A DNA stretch of 64,000 bases from the human T2T-CHM13v2.0 reference genome, Homo sapiens (GCF_009914755.1 NC_060938.1); one strand, 5' to 3'. Shown: positions 1 to 15,764, counted from the stretch's first letter. Numbers and translations are program-made. The notes: a model not told the origin generated them from the letters alone.

Positions 1-847
1 TGATGAAACTATTGCCTAGGCTCTGCCTCCAGGGGCTTTGTGACACATCTCTGCACTGATCACCCTGGGGAGGGATCTCTTGTCTACGCTCTGCCTACTG
101 GAGGCTTTATGACTTATACCTGCACTGATAACGTAGCTGATGTAACACTTGTCTAGGCTCTGCCTACACGGGAATTCTCACATATCTCTACACTGATTAC
201 CCAGGTGATGTAACTGCTGTCGAGGTTCAGCCTACAGGAGCGTTTTGACATATCTCTGCCCTGATCACCCAGGTGATGTAACCCTTTTCTAGGCTCTGCC
301 TACAGGGGCATTGTGACAGATCTCTCCACTGCTCACCCAGGTGATGTAACAATTGTCTGGGCTTTGCCTGCAGGGGGCTTTGTGATATACATTTCCACTG
401 ATCAAACAGGTGATGTAACCCTTCTCAAGGTTCTGCTTACATGGGCTTTGTGACATATCTCCGCACAGATCACCCCAGGGTGGAAATACTTGTCTACACT
501 CTGCCTACAGGAGGCTTTATGACTTATCCCTGCACTGATCACTAGGTGATGTAACACTTGTCTAGGCTCTGTCTACATGGGAATTTTCACATATCTCTAA
601 CTGATCACCTAAGTGATGTAACCCTTATCTAGTTTCAGCCTACTGGGAATTTCTGACATACCTATGCACTGATCACTGAGGTGATGTAAATCATTTCCAG
701 GATTTTTGTACAGGGGACATTGTGATATATCTCTGCACTGATCACCCAAAGGATGCAAATCTTCTCTAGGATCCAAAAGGAGGTGGCCTTGTGACATATT
801 TCTGAAATGATCATCCAGGAGATGTAACTATTAGCCAGGTTTTGACT
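1..847 (-). repeat. Beta satellite (68-bp Sau3A family) array, downstream flank of unit U1
   Basis: ~68-bp periodic CTGCACTGATCACCCAGGTGATGTAACTCTTGTCTAGGCTCTGCCTACAGGGG monomers. Confidence 0.95.
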
Positions 848-1553
848 AAAGAGCCTTGGAAGTTGTTGGGAGAGCCTCAGCCGGAATTTCACAGACGTAG
901 AAGGGAACAGAGAGATCAGCGGGCTCCCTTGCAAGTCAGCCGGGGTGCGCAATGAGCGCAGACCTAGCCAGGAGGCCAGCAAAGAGAGCTAGAAGTCTGT
1001 GTTCCGCCGCCATGCGCTCCATGGTGGCAGCTGGGAGGCTGCAGGGGCACGGGCGGTACGGCGACAGTGGACGGTAGGCGCAGAGGAGGCAAGGCGTTGG
1101 AGGGGTGTCAGGCCTGGACGCTGCACGGGCCCGGTGTTTCACGGGATGGTTGTCTCCACCCAGCCCAGGGAAGGACGCATTTTCTGGGGGAGGGTGGTGT
1201 GGTGGGGATGGCATGGTCAGGCGTGTGTGGGGTGGTGGAAAGGTATGAAAGCTCTGGCCAGGCTGCTCCCACAGCCCAGGCAGCTGCCTGCAAACCTGCA
1301 CGTGCGCAGTAGGCGGCCCACCTGCTGGTACCTGGGCAGGCTCTTGGATCCCCGGGGTGCCCAGGGAGGAATGGCAGTTCTCCACTGGGTGCAGTCTCTC
1401 ACTGTGCCTAGAACTAGAAGGCAGGAATCCCAGGCCGGTCAGCCCAGTGGAGGGGTCGGGGGGAAGACACACCCCTCCATAGCCAGCCAGGTGTTCCCCA
1501 CGAAAAAGAGGCCACCGCCCTTCCCCATCCTGACCCCGTCTCAACCCCACGTC

Positions 1554-2820
<1,267 letters not shown>

Positions 2821-2952
2821 CCCGGGGAGCCCCGGCCGGAATTGCATGGACGGTATGGGCAGAGAGAGGCCGGCGGGCTCCCGTACACCTCAGCCGACAT
2901 GCGCACTGCAGCATGTGCAGCCAGGAGGCCTGCCTGGACATCCACCAGCGAC

Positions 2953-3025
2953 TTTTATAAAGGCCCGCAGGCAGGCAGGCTCCACCCCTTCATGAATGGC
3001 AATGAGACCTGGGACAGCCCGCCCC
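2953..3025 (-). promoter_or_regulatory. DUX-type promoter remnant: GC box + TATAA
   Basis: GGGGCGGG (3018-3025) and TATAAAA (2953-2959) on minus, ~135 bp upstream of the ATG. Confidence 0.6.
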
Positions 3026-3614
3026 ACCCTGGAAGGGACCCAGGGCGTCGAGGCCTGCGGCCGGGGGGTGGTGTGGTGGGGGGGAGCGCGTGGTGATGAT
3101 GGTGGTGGGGCCTGACAGACGAAGATGAAGGGGGCGAGGGGGAAGGGGTGAGGGGGGTGCGTTTCGGGGGCTGGCTCTCCGGACTTCTCCAGGAATCCCG
3201 CAGGAACTGGAAGCCACTCTCTGGGCTCCCACGCGTCTTCAGCAGGGATAAACCGGCCTGGGAGAGTGGAGGGGAGTGTGGAACTGAAACTCCATAGGAG
3301 TTTTGAGTGTTCCAGGCCCTCTCTCCGTGAAGGAGGCAGTGCTTGTGGGTGTCGCCGTTGCCGGCACAGTCTCACACACGCAGGCGTGTGGCTCTCGTTC
3401 ATTTCCAAGTAGGAGACCAGAGCGAGACCCCAGAGAGGAGACGTCTCCCCGGCGTGATGACCTGACGATGGATTCCCATGTGCGCTAACATGGGGAGTCT
3501 GCAGTGTGGCCGGTTTGGAAACTGACAAGGAGAGCGAAGGCACCATGCTCGTCTTCCACTCTTCCCTGCATGTTTCCGGGTGCCCACAGAGATCCAGGAG
3601 CAAACAGTCAGCAT

Positions 3615-6600
3615 GACACATCTCTGAACTGATCTACAAAGTGACGTAACTATTGTCTAGGCTCTGCCTACAGGGGCTTTGTGACATATCTCTGCACTAA
3701 TCACCCAGGTGATGGGACTTTTCTCTAGGCTCTGCCTATGGGGGCATTGTGACATATCTCTACACTGATCACCCAGGTGGTGCAACTCTTGTGTTTGATT
3801 TGCCTATGGGGGCATTGTGACATATTTCTGCACGGATCACCCAGGTGATGGGCCTCTTTTCTAGGCTCCGTGTATGGGGACATTGTGACATATCTCTGCA
3901 GTGATCACCCAGGTGATGTAACGCTTGACTACGCTCTACCTACGGGGCATAGTGACATATAACTGCATTGATCACCAAGGTGATGTAACTCTTGTCCAGG
4001 CTCTGCCTATAGGGGGCCTTGTGACATATCTCTGCACTGATCATCTAGGTGATGTAACACTTGCTTACGCTCTGCCTGCAGGGGCATTGTGAAATATCTC
4101 TGCACTGATCACCAGGGTGATGGGACTCTTCTCTAGGCCCTGCCTACTGGGGGCATGGTCACATATGTCTGCACTGATCACCCAGGTGGCGGACTCTCGT
4201 CTTGGATTTGCCTACGGGGGCATTGTAACATATCTCTGCACTGATCACCCAGGTGATGTAACTCAGGTCTAAGCTCTGCCTAAAGGGGCATTGTGACAGA
4301 TCTCTGCACTGATCACTCAGGTGATGTAACTATTGTCTAGGCTCTGCTTAAAGGGGCCTTGTCACATATCTCTGCACTGATCACCCAGGTGATGTAACTC
4401 TTGTCCAGGCTCTGCTTACAGGGGGTATTTTGACATATTTCTGCACTGATCACCTGACTGATGTAACATTTGTGTAGGCTTGGCCTACAGGGGCACCTTG
4501 ACGTATCTCTGCACTGTTAACCGAGGTGATGTAACTGTCGTCTAGGCTGTGCCCACAGGGGGATTGAGACATATCTCTGCACTGATGCCGAGGTGATCCA
4601 ACTCTTGCCTGGTCTCTGCCTATTGGTGACATTGTGACATATCTCTGCACTGATCTCCCAGGTGATATAACTTTAGTCTAGGCTCTGGCTACATGGCATT
4701 GTGACATATCACTGCACTGATCACCCAGGTGATATAACTCTAGTAAAGGCTCTGCCTATGGGGGCATTGCGATATATCTCTGCACTGATCACCTAGGTCA
4801 TGTAACTCTTGTCTAGGCTCTGCCTACAGTGGCATTGTGACATCTCTGCACTGATCAACCAGGTGATGTAACTCCTTTCTAGGATCTGCCTACAGGGTGC
4901 TTTGTGACACATCCCTGCAATGATCACCCAGGTGATGTACCACTTGTCAAGGCTCTGCCTACAGGGACATAGCGATGTATCTCTGCACTGATCACCTAGG
5001 TCATGTAAATCTTGTCTAGGCTCTGCCTACAGTGGCATTGTGACAGATCTCTTCACTCATCATCCAAGGGATGTAATTCTTGTCTAGGATCTGCCTAAAG
5101 GGACATTGTGACATAACTCTGCACTGATCATCCAGGTGATGGGGTTTTTTTCTAGGTTCTGTTAAGGGGGCATTTTGACATATTTCTGCACTGATCACCC
5201 AGGTGACGGACTCTTGTGTTGGATCTGCCTATGGGAGCATTGTGACATATTTCTGCACTGATCACCCTGGTTACGGACTCTTGTCTTGAATCTGCCTATG
5301 GGGGCATTGTGATATATCTCTGCACTGATCACCCAGTTGATGTAACTGTGGTATAATTCTGCCTAAAGGGAATTGTGAGGGATCTCGCCACTGATCACCC
5401 AAGTGATATAACTACTTTCTAGGCTGTGCCTACCGGGGGTTTTGTGACATACCTTTGCACTGATCACCCAGGTGATGTAACTCATCTAAGTTCTTCCTAC
5501 AGGAGCTTTGTGATATATCTCTACACTGATCACTTAGGTGATGTAACACTTTTATAAGCACTGCCTACAGGGAATTTCGACAAATCTCCGCACTGATCAC
5601 CTAGGTGATGTAACTCTTGTCTACCCTCTGTCCAAAGGGGGCATTGTGAAATATCTCTGCACTGATCACCCAGGAGAATCAACTCTTGTCTAGGATCTGC
5701 CTGCAGGGGGTATTGTGAAATATCTCTGCACTGATCAACTAGGTGATGTAACTCTTGTCTAGGCTTTGTCTACAGGGGACATTGTGACATATCTCCGCAG
5801 TGATCACCCAGGTGATGCAACTCTTCTCTATGCTCTGCCTAAAGGGGACATTGTGACATATCCCTGCACTGATCACCCAGGTGCTGCAACTCTTCTCTAT
5901 ACTCTGCCTACAGGGGGCATTGTGACATATCTCTGCACTGATCATGTAGGTGATGTAACTCTTGCATATACTCTGCCTGTAGGGGAGAGATATTGTGAAA
6001 TATCTCTGCATTGATCACCCAGGTAATGGGACTGTTCTCTAGGCTTTGCCTACTGGGGGCATTGTCACATATTTCTGCACTGATCACCCTGGTGACGGAC
6101 TCTTGTCTTGGATTTGCTTATGGGGGCATTGTGACATATCTCTGCACTGATCACTCAGGTGATACAACTCTTCTCTATGCTCTGCCTACAGGGGCGTTGT
6201 GACATATCTCTGCACTGATCCCCCAGGTGATGGAAGTCTTGTCTAGGCTCTGTCTATGTGGGCATTGTGTCAAAAATCTGCACTGATCACCCAGGTGATG
6301 TAACTCTTTTCTAGGCTCTGTCTACAGGGATTTTTGTGACATATCACTGCACTGATCAACTAGGTGATGTAAGTATTGTATGGGCTTTACCTACAGAAGG
6401 GTTTGTGACATATCTATGCACTGATCTCTGAGGTGATGCAACTCTTGTCTAGACCCTGCCTACAGGGGACATTGGTACATATCTCTGCACTGATCACCCA
6501 GGTGATGGACTCTTGTCTTAGATCTGCCTACATGGACATTGTGACACATCTCTGAACTGATCAACCAAGTGATGAAACTCTTGTCTAGGCTCTGCATACA

Positions 6601-7417
6601 GGGTCTTTGTGACACATCTCTGCACTGATCACCCTGGGGAGGGATCTCTTGTCTATGCTCTGCCTACAGGAGGCTTTATGACTTATACCCACACTGATAA
6701 CCTAGGTGATATAACACTTGTCTGGGCTCTGCCTACACGGGAATTCTCACATATATCTGCACTGATCACCTGGGTGATGTAATTGTTGTCTAGGTTCAGC
6801 CTACAGGAGCGTTTTGACATATCTCTGCACTGATCACCCAGGTGATGTAACCCTTGTCTAAGCTCTGCCTATAGGGACATTGTGACAGATCTCTCCACTG
6901 CTCACCCAGGTGATGTAACAATTATCTGGGCTTTGCCTACATGGGGTTTTGTGATATACATTTCCACTGATCAAACAGGTGATGTAACACTTGTCAAGGT
7001 TTTGCTTACAGGGGCTTTGGGACATATCACTGCACTGATCACCTCAGGGAGGAAACACTTGTCTACACTCTGCCTACAGGAGGCTTTACGACTTATCCCT
7101 GCACTGATCTCTAGGTGATGTAACACTTGTCTAGGCTCTGTCTACATGGGAATTTTCACATATCTCTGCAATGATCACCTAAGTGATGTAACCCTTGTCT
7201 AGGTTCAGCCTACTGGGGATTTCTGACATAACTATACACTGATCACCGAGGTGACGTAAATCATTTCCAGGCTTTTTGTACAGGGGACATTGTGATATTT
7301 CTCTGCACTGATCACCCAGATGATGGAAATCTTCTCTAGGCTCTGCAGGGAGGGGTTATTGTGACATGTTTCTGAACTGATCATCCAGGAGTTGTAACTA
7401 TTCTCCAGGCTTTGATG
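3615..7417 (-). repeat. Beta satellite array (~56 monomers)
   Basis: 68-bp periodicity, TGATCA (Sau3A GATC) in most monomers. Confidence 0.95.
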
Positions 7418-8990
7418 AAAGAGCGTCGGAAGGTGTTGGGAGAACCTCAGCCGGAATTTCATGGACGGAAAAGGGCACAGAGAGGCCAGCTGGCTCCCTT
7501 GCACATCAGCCAGGGTGTGCAATTAGTGCAGGTCTAGCCAGGATGCAAGCTAAGAGAGCTAGAGGTCTGCGTTCCGCTGCCAGGCACTCCATGGTGGCAG
7601 CTGGGAGGCTTCAGGGGAATGTGCGGGCAGGCTACGGTGGTGCGGAGGCACAGAGGATGCAATACACTGCAGGGATGTCTGGACAGGACGCTGCGCATGC
7701 CCGGTGTTTCGCGGGATGGAGTCTCCACCCAGGCCAGGGGAGAACGCGTTTTCTCGGGGTGGGGAGTGGGGGTGGGGAGGGGGTGGTCAGGCGGGGGTGG
7801 GGTAGTGTTAAGGCAAGAGAGCTCTGCCCAGGCTGCTCCCACAGCCCAGGCGGCTGCCCGCAAACCCACACGTGCGCAGTTGGCGGCCCAACTGCTGCTA
7901 CCTGGGCTGGCCCTGGGATCCCAGGGATGCCCAGGAAAGAATGGCAGTTCTCCACTGTGTGGATTCTCTCAGCTCGCCTAGACCTAGAAGGCAGGAATCC
8001 CAGGCCGGTCAGCCCGGTGGAGGGGGCTGGGGGAAGACACGCCCCTCCACAGCCAGTCAGGTGTTCCCCGTGAAAGAGAGGCCACAGCCCTGCCCCGACA
8101 TGACCCCGTCCCAACCCTGTGTCCTAAAGCTCCTCCAGCAGAGCCCGGTATTCTTCCTCTCTGAGGGGTGCTTCCAGCGAGGCGGACTCTTCCAAGGCCT
8201 CCAGCTCCCCCGGGGCCTCCGTTTCTAGGAAAGGTTGCATCTGCTGCAGAAACTCCGGGCTCTCCAGGATCTCATCCAGCATCAGGCCGGAGGGGAGTGC
8301 AGACGAGCGCCCCCGCTCCTGGAGTGCCTGGGATGGTGCCGGGATGCCTTGCATCTGCCCCTGCCAGGCAAGGCCTCTAAGAGGGCAGACTGGCATGGTG
8401 GAGCTGCCCCGTCCTGGGGTTCCCACGCCACCCCGGCGACCTGCGGACACCGGCCACAGCCCCACGACGGACTCCCCTGGGACGCGGGTGGCACAAGCAC
8501 ACCTTGGACCTGTGGCCCCGCTTGAGCAGGCCCAGGTGGTCCCACCGCGCAAGGGTCCAGCAAGCTGTCACGCTGCACGTCCCAGTCCTCCCGGCTTTTG
8601 CCCAGCTGCGGAGGCCACCGAGAAGACTGAGGGTGGGAGAGCTCCCATTCCGGAGGAGTCAGGGCAGCGTTGGCAAAATCCCCGCCTGCCGGGGCAGGTT
8701 GGGGGATCCCCTCTGCTGGCGCGGCCTGGCTGGGCTGGAGCCCAGGGACGGCCCTCGCTCCCTGGCTCACGAAAGCCCCCTGTGGGAGAGCCCCAGGAGC
8801 AAGGCACGTGGGGTGCGGGAAGACTCCTTGCCCATGCGCCGGTGTGGGCAAAGGTGACCCACGAGGGAGCAGGGTGACACCCACCGGGGGCCATGTTGCA
8901 CAGGCCGCCGCCTGCGCAGGGGCCCTGCCCACCTCTCCCAAGTGTCTGGTCCTTCGACTCTGAAACCAGATATCACTCCTGGTCTCCGGG
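7418..8990 (-). repeat. 5'-truncated D4Z4-like unit U2, broken in homeodomain 2 by an inversion junction
   Basis: Homologous to the 3' ~1.57 kb of the other units; homology stops at CTCCGGG ~8990. Confidence 0.9.
8124..8990 (-). pseudogene. DUX4L: DUX4-like pseudogene fragment (end of HD2 to C-terminus; frameshifted)
   Basis: [16 protein letters not shown] (HD2 helix 3) in ORF 8282-9049; [25 protein letters not shown] in a different frame (ORF 8124-8552). Confidence 0.9.
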
Positions 8991-9306
8991 CTGGGTGGAG
9001 ACCACTGTCCCAGGAAACACTGGGCCCGTGCAGCGTCCAGGCCTGACACCCTTCCGGCGGCTCGCCACCTCTAAGCCTCCGCGCCACCGTCGCCGGCCCG
9101 CCCATGCCGCTGCAGCCTCCCATCTGCCACCATGGAGCTCCTGGCGGCGGAACGCAGACCTCTAGCTCTCTTTGCCGGCCTCGTGGCTAAACCTGCGCTC
9201 ATTGCACACACTGGCTGTTGTGCAAGGGAGCTTGCTCGCCTCTCTGTGCCCTTGTCTGTCCGTGAAATTCTGGCTGAGGCTCTCCCAACAACTTCTGAAG
9301 CCCTTT
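8988..9306 (+). repeat. D4Z4-like tail-only fragment U2b (intron 2/pLAM-like)
   Basis: GGGCTGGGTGGAGACC...GTCCGTGAAATTCTGGCTGAGGCTCTCCC matches the last ~320 bp of the plus-strand units. Confidence 0.88.
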
Positions 9307-12300
9307 CGTCAAATCCTGGAGAATAGTTATATCTCCCAGATGATAAGTTCAGAAATCTGTCACAATGCCCCCTCCCTGCGGAGCCTAGAGTAGATTTGCA
9401 TCATTTGGGTGATCAGTGCAGGGATATATCACAGTGTCCCCTGTACAAAAAGCCTGGAAATGATTTACATCACCTCAGTGATCAGTGCATAGGTATGTCA
9501 GAAATCCCCAGTAGGCTGAAGCTAGACAAGGGTTACATCACTTAGGTGATCAGTGTAGAGATATGTGAAAATTCCCGTGTAGACAGAGCCTAGACAAGTG
9601 TTACATCACCTAATGATCAGTGCAGGGATAAGTCGTAAAGCCTCCTGTAGGCAGAGTGTAGACAATTGTTTCCTCCCTGGGGTGATCAGTGCAGAGATAT
9701 GTCGCAAAGCCCCTGTAAGCAGAACCTTGAGAAGAGTTACATCACCTGTTTGATCAGTGGAAATGTATATCACAAAGCCCCCTGTAGGCAAAGCCCAGAC
9801 AATTGTTACATCACCTGGGTGAGCAGTGGAGAGATCTGTCACAATGTCCCTGTAGGCAGAGCCTAGAAAAGGGTTACATCACCTGGGTGATCAGTGCAGA
9901 AATATGTCAAAACGCTCCTGTAGGCTGAACCTAGACAGGAGTTATATCACCTGGGTGATCAGTGCAGAGACATGTGCGAATTCCCGTGTAGGCAGAGCCT
10001 AGACAAGTGTTACATCAGCTATGTTATCAGTGCAGGTATAAGTCATAAAGCCTCCTGTAGGCAGAGCATAGACAAGAGTTCCCTCCCCTGGGTGATCAGT
10101 GCAGAGATGTGTCACGAATCCCCTGAAGGCAGAGCCTAGACAGAGGTTTCATCATTTGGTTGATCTGTTCAGAGATGTGTCACAATGTCCATGATGGCAG
10201 ATCTAAGACAATGGTCCATCACCTGGGTGATCAGTGCAGAGATATCTACCAATGTCCCCTGGAGGCAGTGCCTAGACAAGAGTTACATCACCTCAGAGAT
10301 CAGTGCATAGATTAGTCACAAAGCCTTCTGTAGGCAAAGCCCATACAAGCCTTACATCACCTAGGTTATCAGTGCACTGATATGTCACAAAAATCCCTGT
10401 AGACAGAGCCTAGAAAAGAGTTACATCACCTGGGTGATCAGGGCAGTTATTTGACACAATGCCTCCATAGACAGATCCTAGACAAGAATTCCATCACCTG
10501 GGTTATCAGTGCACAAATATGTCACAAATCGCCCTCTAGGCAGAGTATAGAGAAGAGTCCCATCACCCCGGTGATGAGTGCAGAGATATTTCACAATGCC
10601 CCCTGTAGGCAGAGAGTGGAAAAGAGTTACATAACCTACGTCATCTGTGCAGAGCTATGTCAAAATGCACTTGTAGGCAGAGCCTAGACAAATGTTACAT
10701 CACCTGGGTGATCAGTGCAGAAATATGTCACAAAGCCCCTGTAGCCCAAGCCTAGAAAAGGGTTGTTACATCTCCTGGGTGATCAGTGCAAACATATGTC
10801 ACAAAACCCCCTGTAGACAAACCCCAGAAAATTGTTACATCACCTGGGTGATCTGTGGAGATATCTGTCAAAATTCTCCTTTAGGCGCAGGTTAGACAAG
10901 CGTTACATCACATGAGTAATCAGTGCAGAGATATGTCACTATGCCCCCATAGGCAGATCCAAGACAAAAGTCCATCACCTGGGTGATCAGTGCAGAAATA
11001 TGCCACAATGACGCCAGTAGGCAGATATAGGCAAGAGTTACATCACCTACGTGATCACTGCAGGGATATATCACAATTCCCCTGTAGGCAGAACCTAGTC
11101 AAGTGTCCCATCACATGGGTGATCAGTGCAGCGTTATGTCACAATGCCCCCTTTTGGCAGAGCCTAGACAAGGGTTACATCACCTGGGTGATCAGTGCAG
11201 CGTTATGTCACAATGCCCCCTTTTGGCAGAGCCTAGACAAGGGTTACATCACCTGGGTGATCAGTGCAGAGTTGTGTCACAAGCCCCTGTAGCCAGAGCC
11301 TAGACAAGACCTACATCTGCTGTGTGATCAGTGCAGTGACATGTCACCATGCCCCTGTAGACATATACTTGACAAAAGTGACATCACTTGGTTGATCAGT
11401 GCGGAGATATGTCACAATGTCTCCAGTAGGCAGAGCCAAGACAAGAGTTACATCAGCTTGGTGATCAGGGCAGAGATATGTCACAAAGCCCCTGTAGGCA
11501 GAGCCTAAACAAGAGTTACATCACCTGGGTGATCAGTGCAGAAATATGTCACAAAGCCCAAGTAGGCCGAGCCTAGACAAGGGTTACATCTCTGATAGAT
11601 CAGTGCAAAGATATGTCACAAAGCCCCTGGTAGACAAATCCCAGAAAATTGTTACATCTCCTGGGTGATCAGTGGAGATAACTGTCACAATTCCCCTTTA
11701 GGCGCAGTTTATACAAGCGTTACATCACATGAGTGATCAGTGCAGAGATATGTCACTATGGCCCCATAGGCAGATCAAAGACAAGAGTCCATCACCTGGG
11801 TGATCAGTACAGAAGTATGCCGCAATGCCGCCAGTAGGCAGGTATAGACAAGAGTTATATCACCTGCATGATCACTGCAGAAATATATCAAAATGCCCCT
11901 GTAGGCATAGCCTAGACAAGAGTCCTATCACCTGGGTGATCAGTGCAGAGATATGTCACAATGCCCCCTTTTGGCAGAGCCTAGACAAGAGTCCCATCAC
12001 GTGGGTGATCAGTGCAGTGATATCTCAAAATGCCCCAATAGGCAGATCCAAGACAAGAGTCCGTCACCTGGGTGATCAGTGCAGAAATATGTCACAATGC
12101 CCCCTTAGGCAGAGCCTAGACAAAAGCCCCATCACCCGGGTGATCATTGCAGGGATATGTCACAAAAAACCCTGTAGGCAGATACTAGAAAAAAGTTACA
12201 TGACCTTGGTGATCAGTGCAGAGATATGTCACAATGCCACTGTAGGCAGAGCCTAGACAACTGTTACATGACCTCGGTGATCAGTGTTGAGATACATCGC

Positions 12301-13114
12301 AATGTCCCTGTAGGCAGGGCCTTGACAAGTGGTATATCACGTAGGTGATCATTGCAGGAACGTGTCACAAAACAGCCTGTAGGCAGATACTAGAAAAGAG
12401 TTACATCACCTGGGTGATCAGTGTAGAGATATGTCACTATGGCACTGTAGGCAGTGCCTAGACAAGAGTTACATTACCTAGGTGATTAGTGCAGAGATAC
12501 ATCGCAATGCCCCTGTAGGCAGAGCCTTGACAAGTGGTATATCACCTGGGTGATCATTGCTGGGATATATCACAAAGCACCCTGTAGGCAGTTCCTAGAG
12601 AAGAGTTATATCACCTGGGTGATCAGTGCAGAGATATGCCACAAGCCCCCTGTAGGCAGACCCTAGACAAGAGTTATATCACCTGGGTGATCAGTGCAGA
12701 GATATGTCACAAGCCCCCTATAGGCAGAGCCTGGGCAAGAGTTACATCAGCTCAGTGATCAATGCAGTGATATGTCACTATGCCCGTAGGCAGAGCCTAG
12801 TCAAGCGTTACATCACCTTGCTGATCTGTGCAGAGATATGTCACAAAGCCCCCATACACAGAGCCTAGACAAGTGTCCCATCACCTGGGTGATCATTGCA
12901 GAAATATGTCACAATGACCCCATAGGCAGACACAACACAAGTTTTACATCACTTGGGTGATCAGTGTAGAGATATGTCACAATGCCCCCATAGGCAGAGC
13001 CTAGACAAAAGTCCCGTCACCTGGGCGATGAGTTCACAGATATGTCACAAAGCCCCTGCAGGAACAGCCTAGACAATTGTTACATCACTTTGTTGATCAG
13101 TTCAGAGATGTGCC
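9307..13114 (+). repeat. Beta satellite array (~56 monomers)
   Basis: 68-bp monomers, plus orientation. Confidence 0.95.
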
Positions 13115-13765
13115 ATGCTGACTGTTTGCTCCGGGAGCTCTGCAGGCACCCAGAAATATGCAGGGAAGGGTGGAAGACCGGCATTGTGCCTTCGCTCTCC
13201 TTGCCAGTTTCCAAACCGGCTTCACTGCAGACTCCCCATGTTGCCACACACGGGAATCCATCGTCAGGCCATCACGCCGGGGAAGCATCTCCTCTCTGGG
13301 GTCTCACTCTGGTCTCCTATGTGGAAATGAACCAGAGCCACACTCCTGTGTTTGTGAGACTGTCCTGGCAACGGCGACGCCCACAGGCACGGCCTCCTTC
13401 ACGGAGAGAGGGCCTGGAACACTCAAGACTCCCACGGAGGTCCAGTTCCACACTACCCTCCACCCTCCCAGGCTGGTTTCTCCCTGCTGAAGACGTGTGG
13501 GAGCCCAGAGAGGGGCTTCCAGTTCCCGCGGGATTCCTGGAGAAGTCCGGAGAGCCAGCCCCGGAAACGCACCCCCCTCACCGCTTCCCCCTCGCCCTCT
13601 TCCTCTTCGTGTCTCCGGCCACACCACCACCATCAACACGCCCTCCCCCCACCACCACCCCCGGGCCGCAGGCCTCGACACCCTGGACCATTCCGGGGTG
13701 GGGCAGGCTGTCCCAGGGCTCACCGCCATTCATGAAGGAGTGGAGCCTCCCTGCCTGCAGGCCTT

Positions 13766-13770
13766 TATAA
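13766..13770 (+). promoter_or_regulatory. TATAA box of DUX4L U3 (GC box mutated)
   Basis: GCCTTTATAAGAGCC, TATAA starting 140 bp before ATG 13906; GC box reads GGGGCAGG. Confidence 0.55.
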
Positions 13771-13905
13771 GAGCCGCTGGCTGGCTGTCCGGGCAGGCCT
13801 CCTGGCTGTGCCTGCCGCAGTGCACAGGCCGGCTGAGGTGCACGGGAGCCCGCCGGCCTCTCTCTGCCTGTGCCGTCTGTGAAATTCTGGCCAGGGCTCC
13901 ATGCG

Positions 13906-15174
<1,269 letters not shown>

Positions 15175-15182
15175 GACGTGGC

Positions 15183-15764
15183 GTTGGGATGGGGTCAGGT
15201 CAAGGCAGGGCAGTGGCCTCTCTTCCGCAGGAAACACCTGGCCAGCTGTGGAGGGGCGTTTCTTCCCCCTGACCCCTCCACCAGACTGACCGGCCTGGGA
15301 TTCCTGCCTTCTAGGTCTTGGCCAGGTGAGAGACTCCACACAGGAGAGAATTGCCACTCTTTCCTGGGCATCCCGGGGATCTCAGAGCCGGCCCAGGTAC
15401 CAGCAGGTGGGCTGCCTACTGCACACACGCGGGTTAGAGTGCAGCTGCCTGGGCTGTGGGAGCAGCCCGGGCAGAGCTCTCATGACTTTCCACCAGCACA
15501 CCCATGCCTGATCACCCCTCCCCCACCCACCCCCACAAACCCGGAAAATGCGTCCTCCTCTGGGCTGGGTGGAGACCCCTGTCCCGGGAATCACCGGGCC
15601 CTCGCAGCTTCCAGGCCTGACACCCCTGTGGTGGCTCACCTCCTCTGCGCCTCCGGACCACTGTCGCCAGCCCACCCGTATCCCTGTAGCCTCCCAGCTG
15701 CCACCATGGAGCGTTTGGCGGCAGAACGCAGACTTCTAGCTCTCTTTGACAGAATCCTGGCTAG
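15183..15764 (+). other. DUX4 3'UTR-like splice architecture: intron 1 (15183-15314), exon 2, intron 2 (15407-15764)
   Basis: GTTGGG..CCTTCTAG and CAGCAG|GTGGG..GGCTAG|ACCTGC at positions homologous to the DUX4 introns as recalled. Confidence 0.6.

Noticed and set aside
3050-3170. G-rich/(GGT)n tract with G-quadruplex potential upstream of each promoter
   Set aside because: A known D4Z4 low-complexity segment; its length variation is ordinary slippage
9307-13114. CRISPR-like look (short dyad repeat at regular spacing)
   Set aside because: The intervening sequence is also repeated, so there are no unique spacers; no cas genes; primate satellite context
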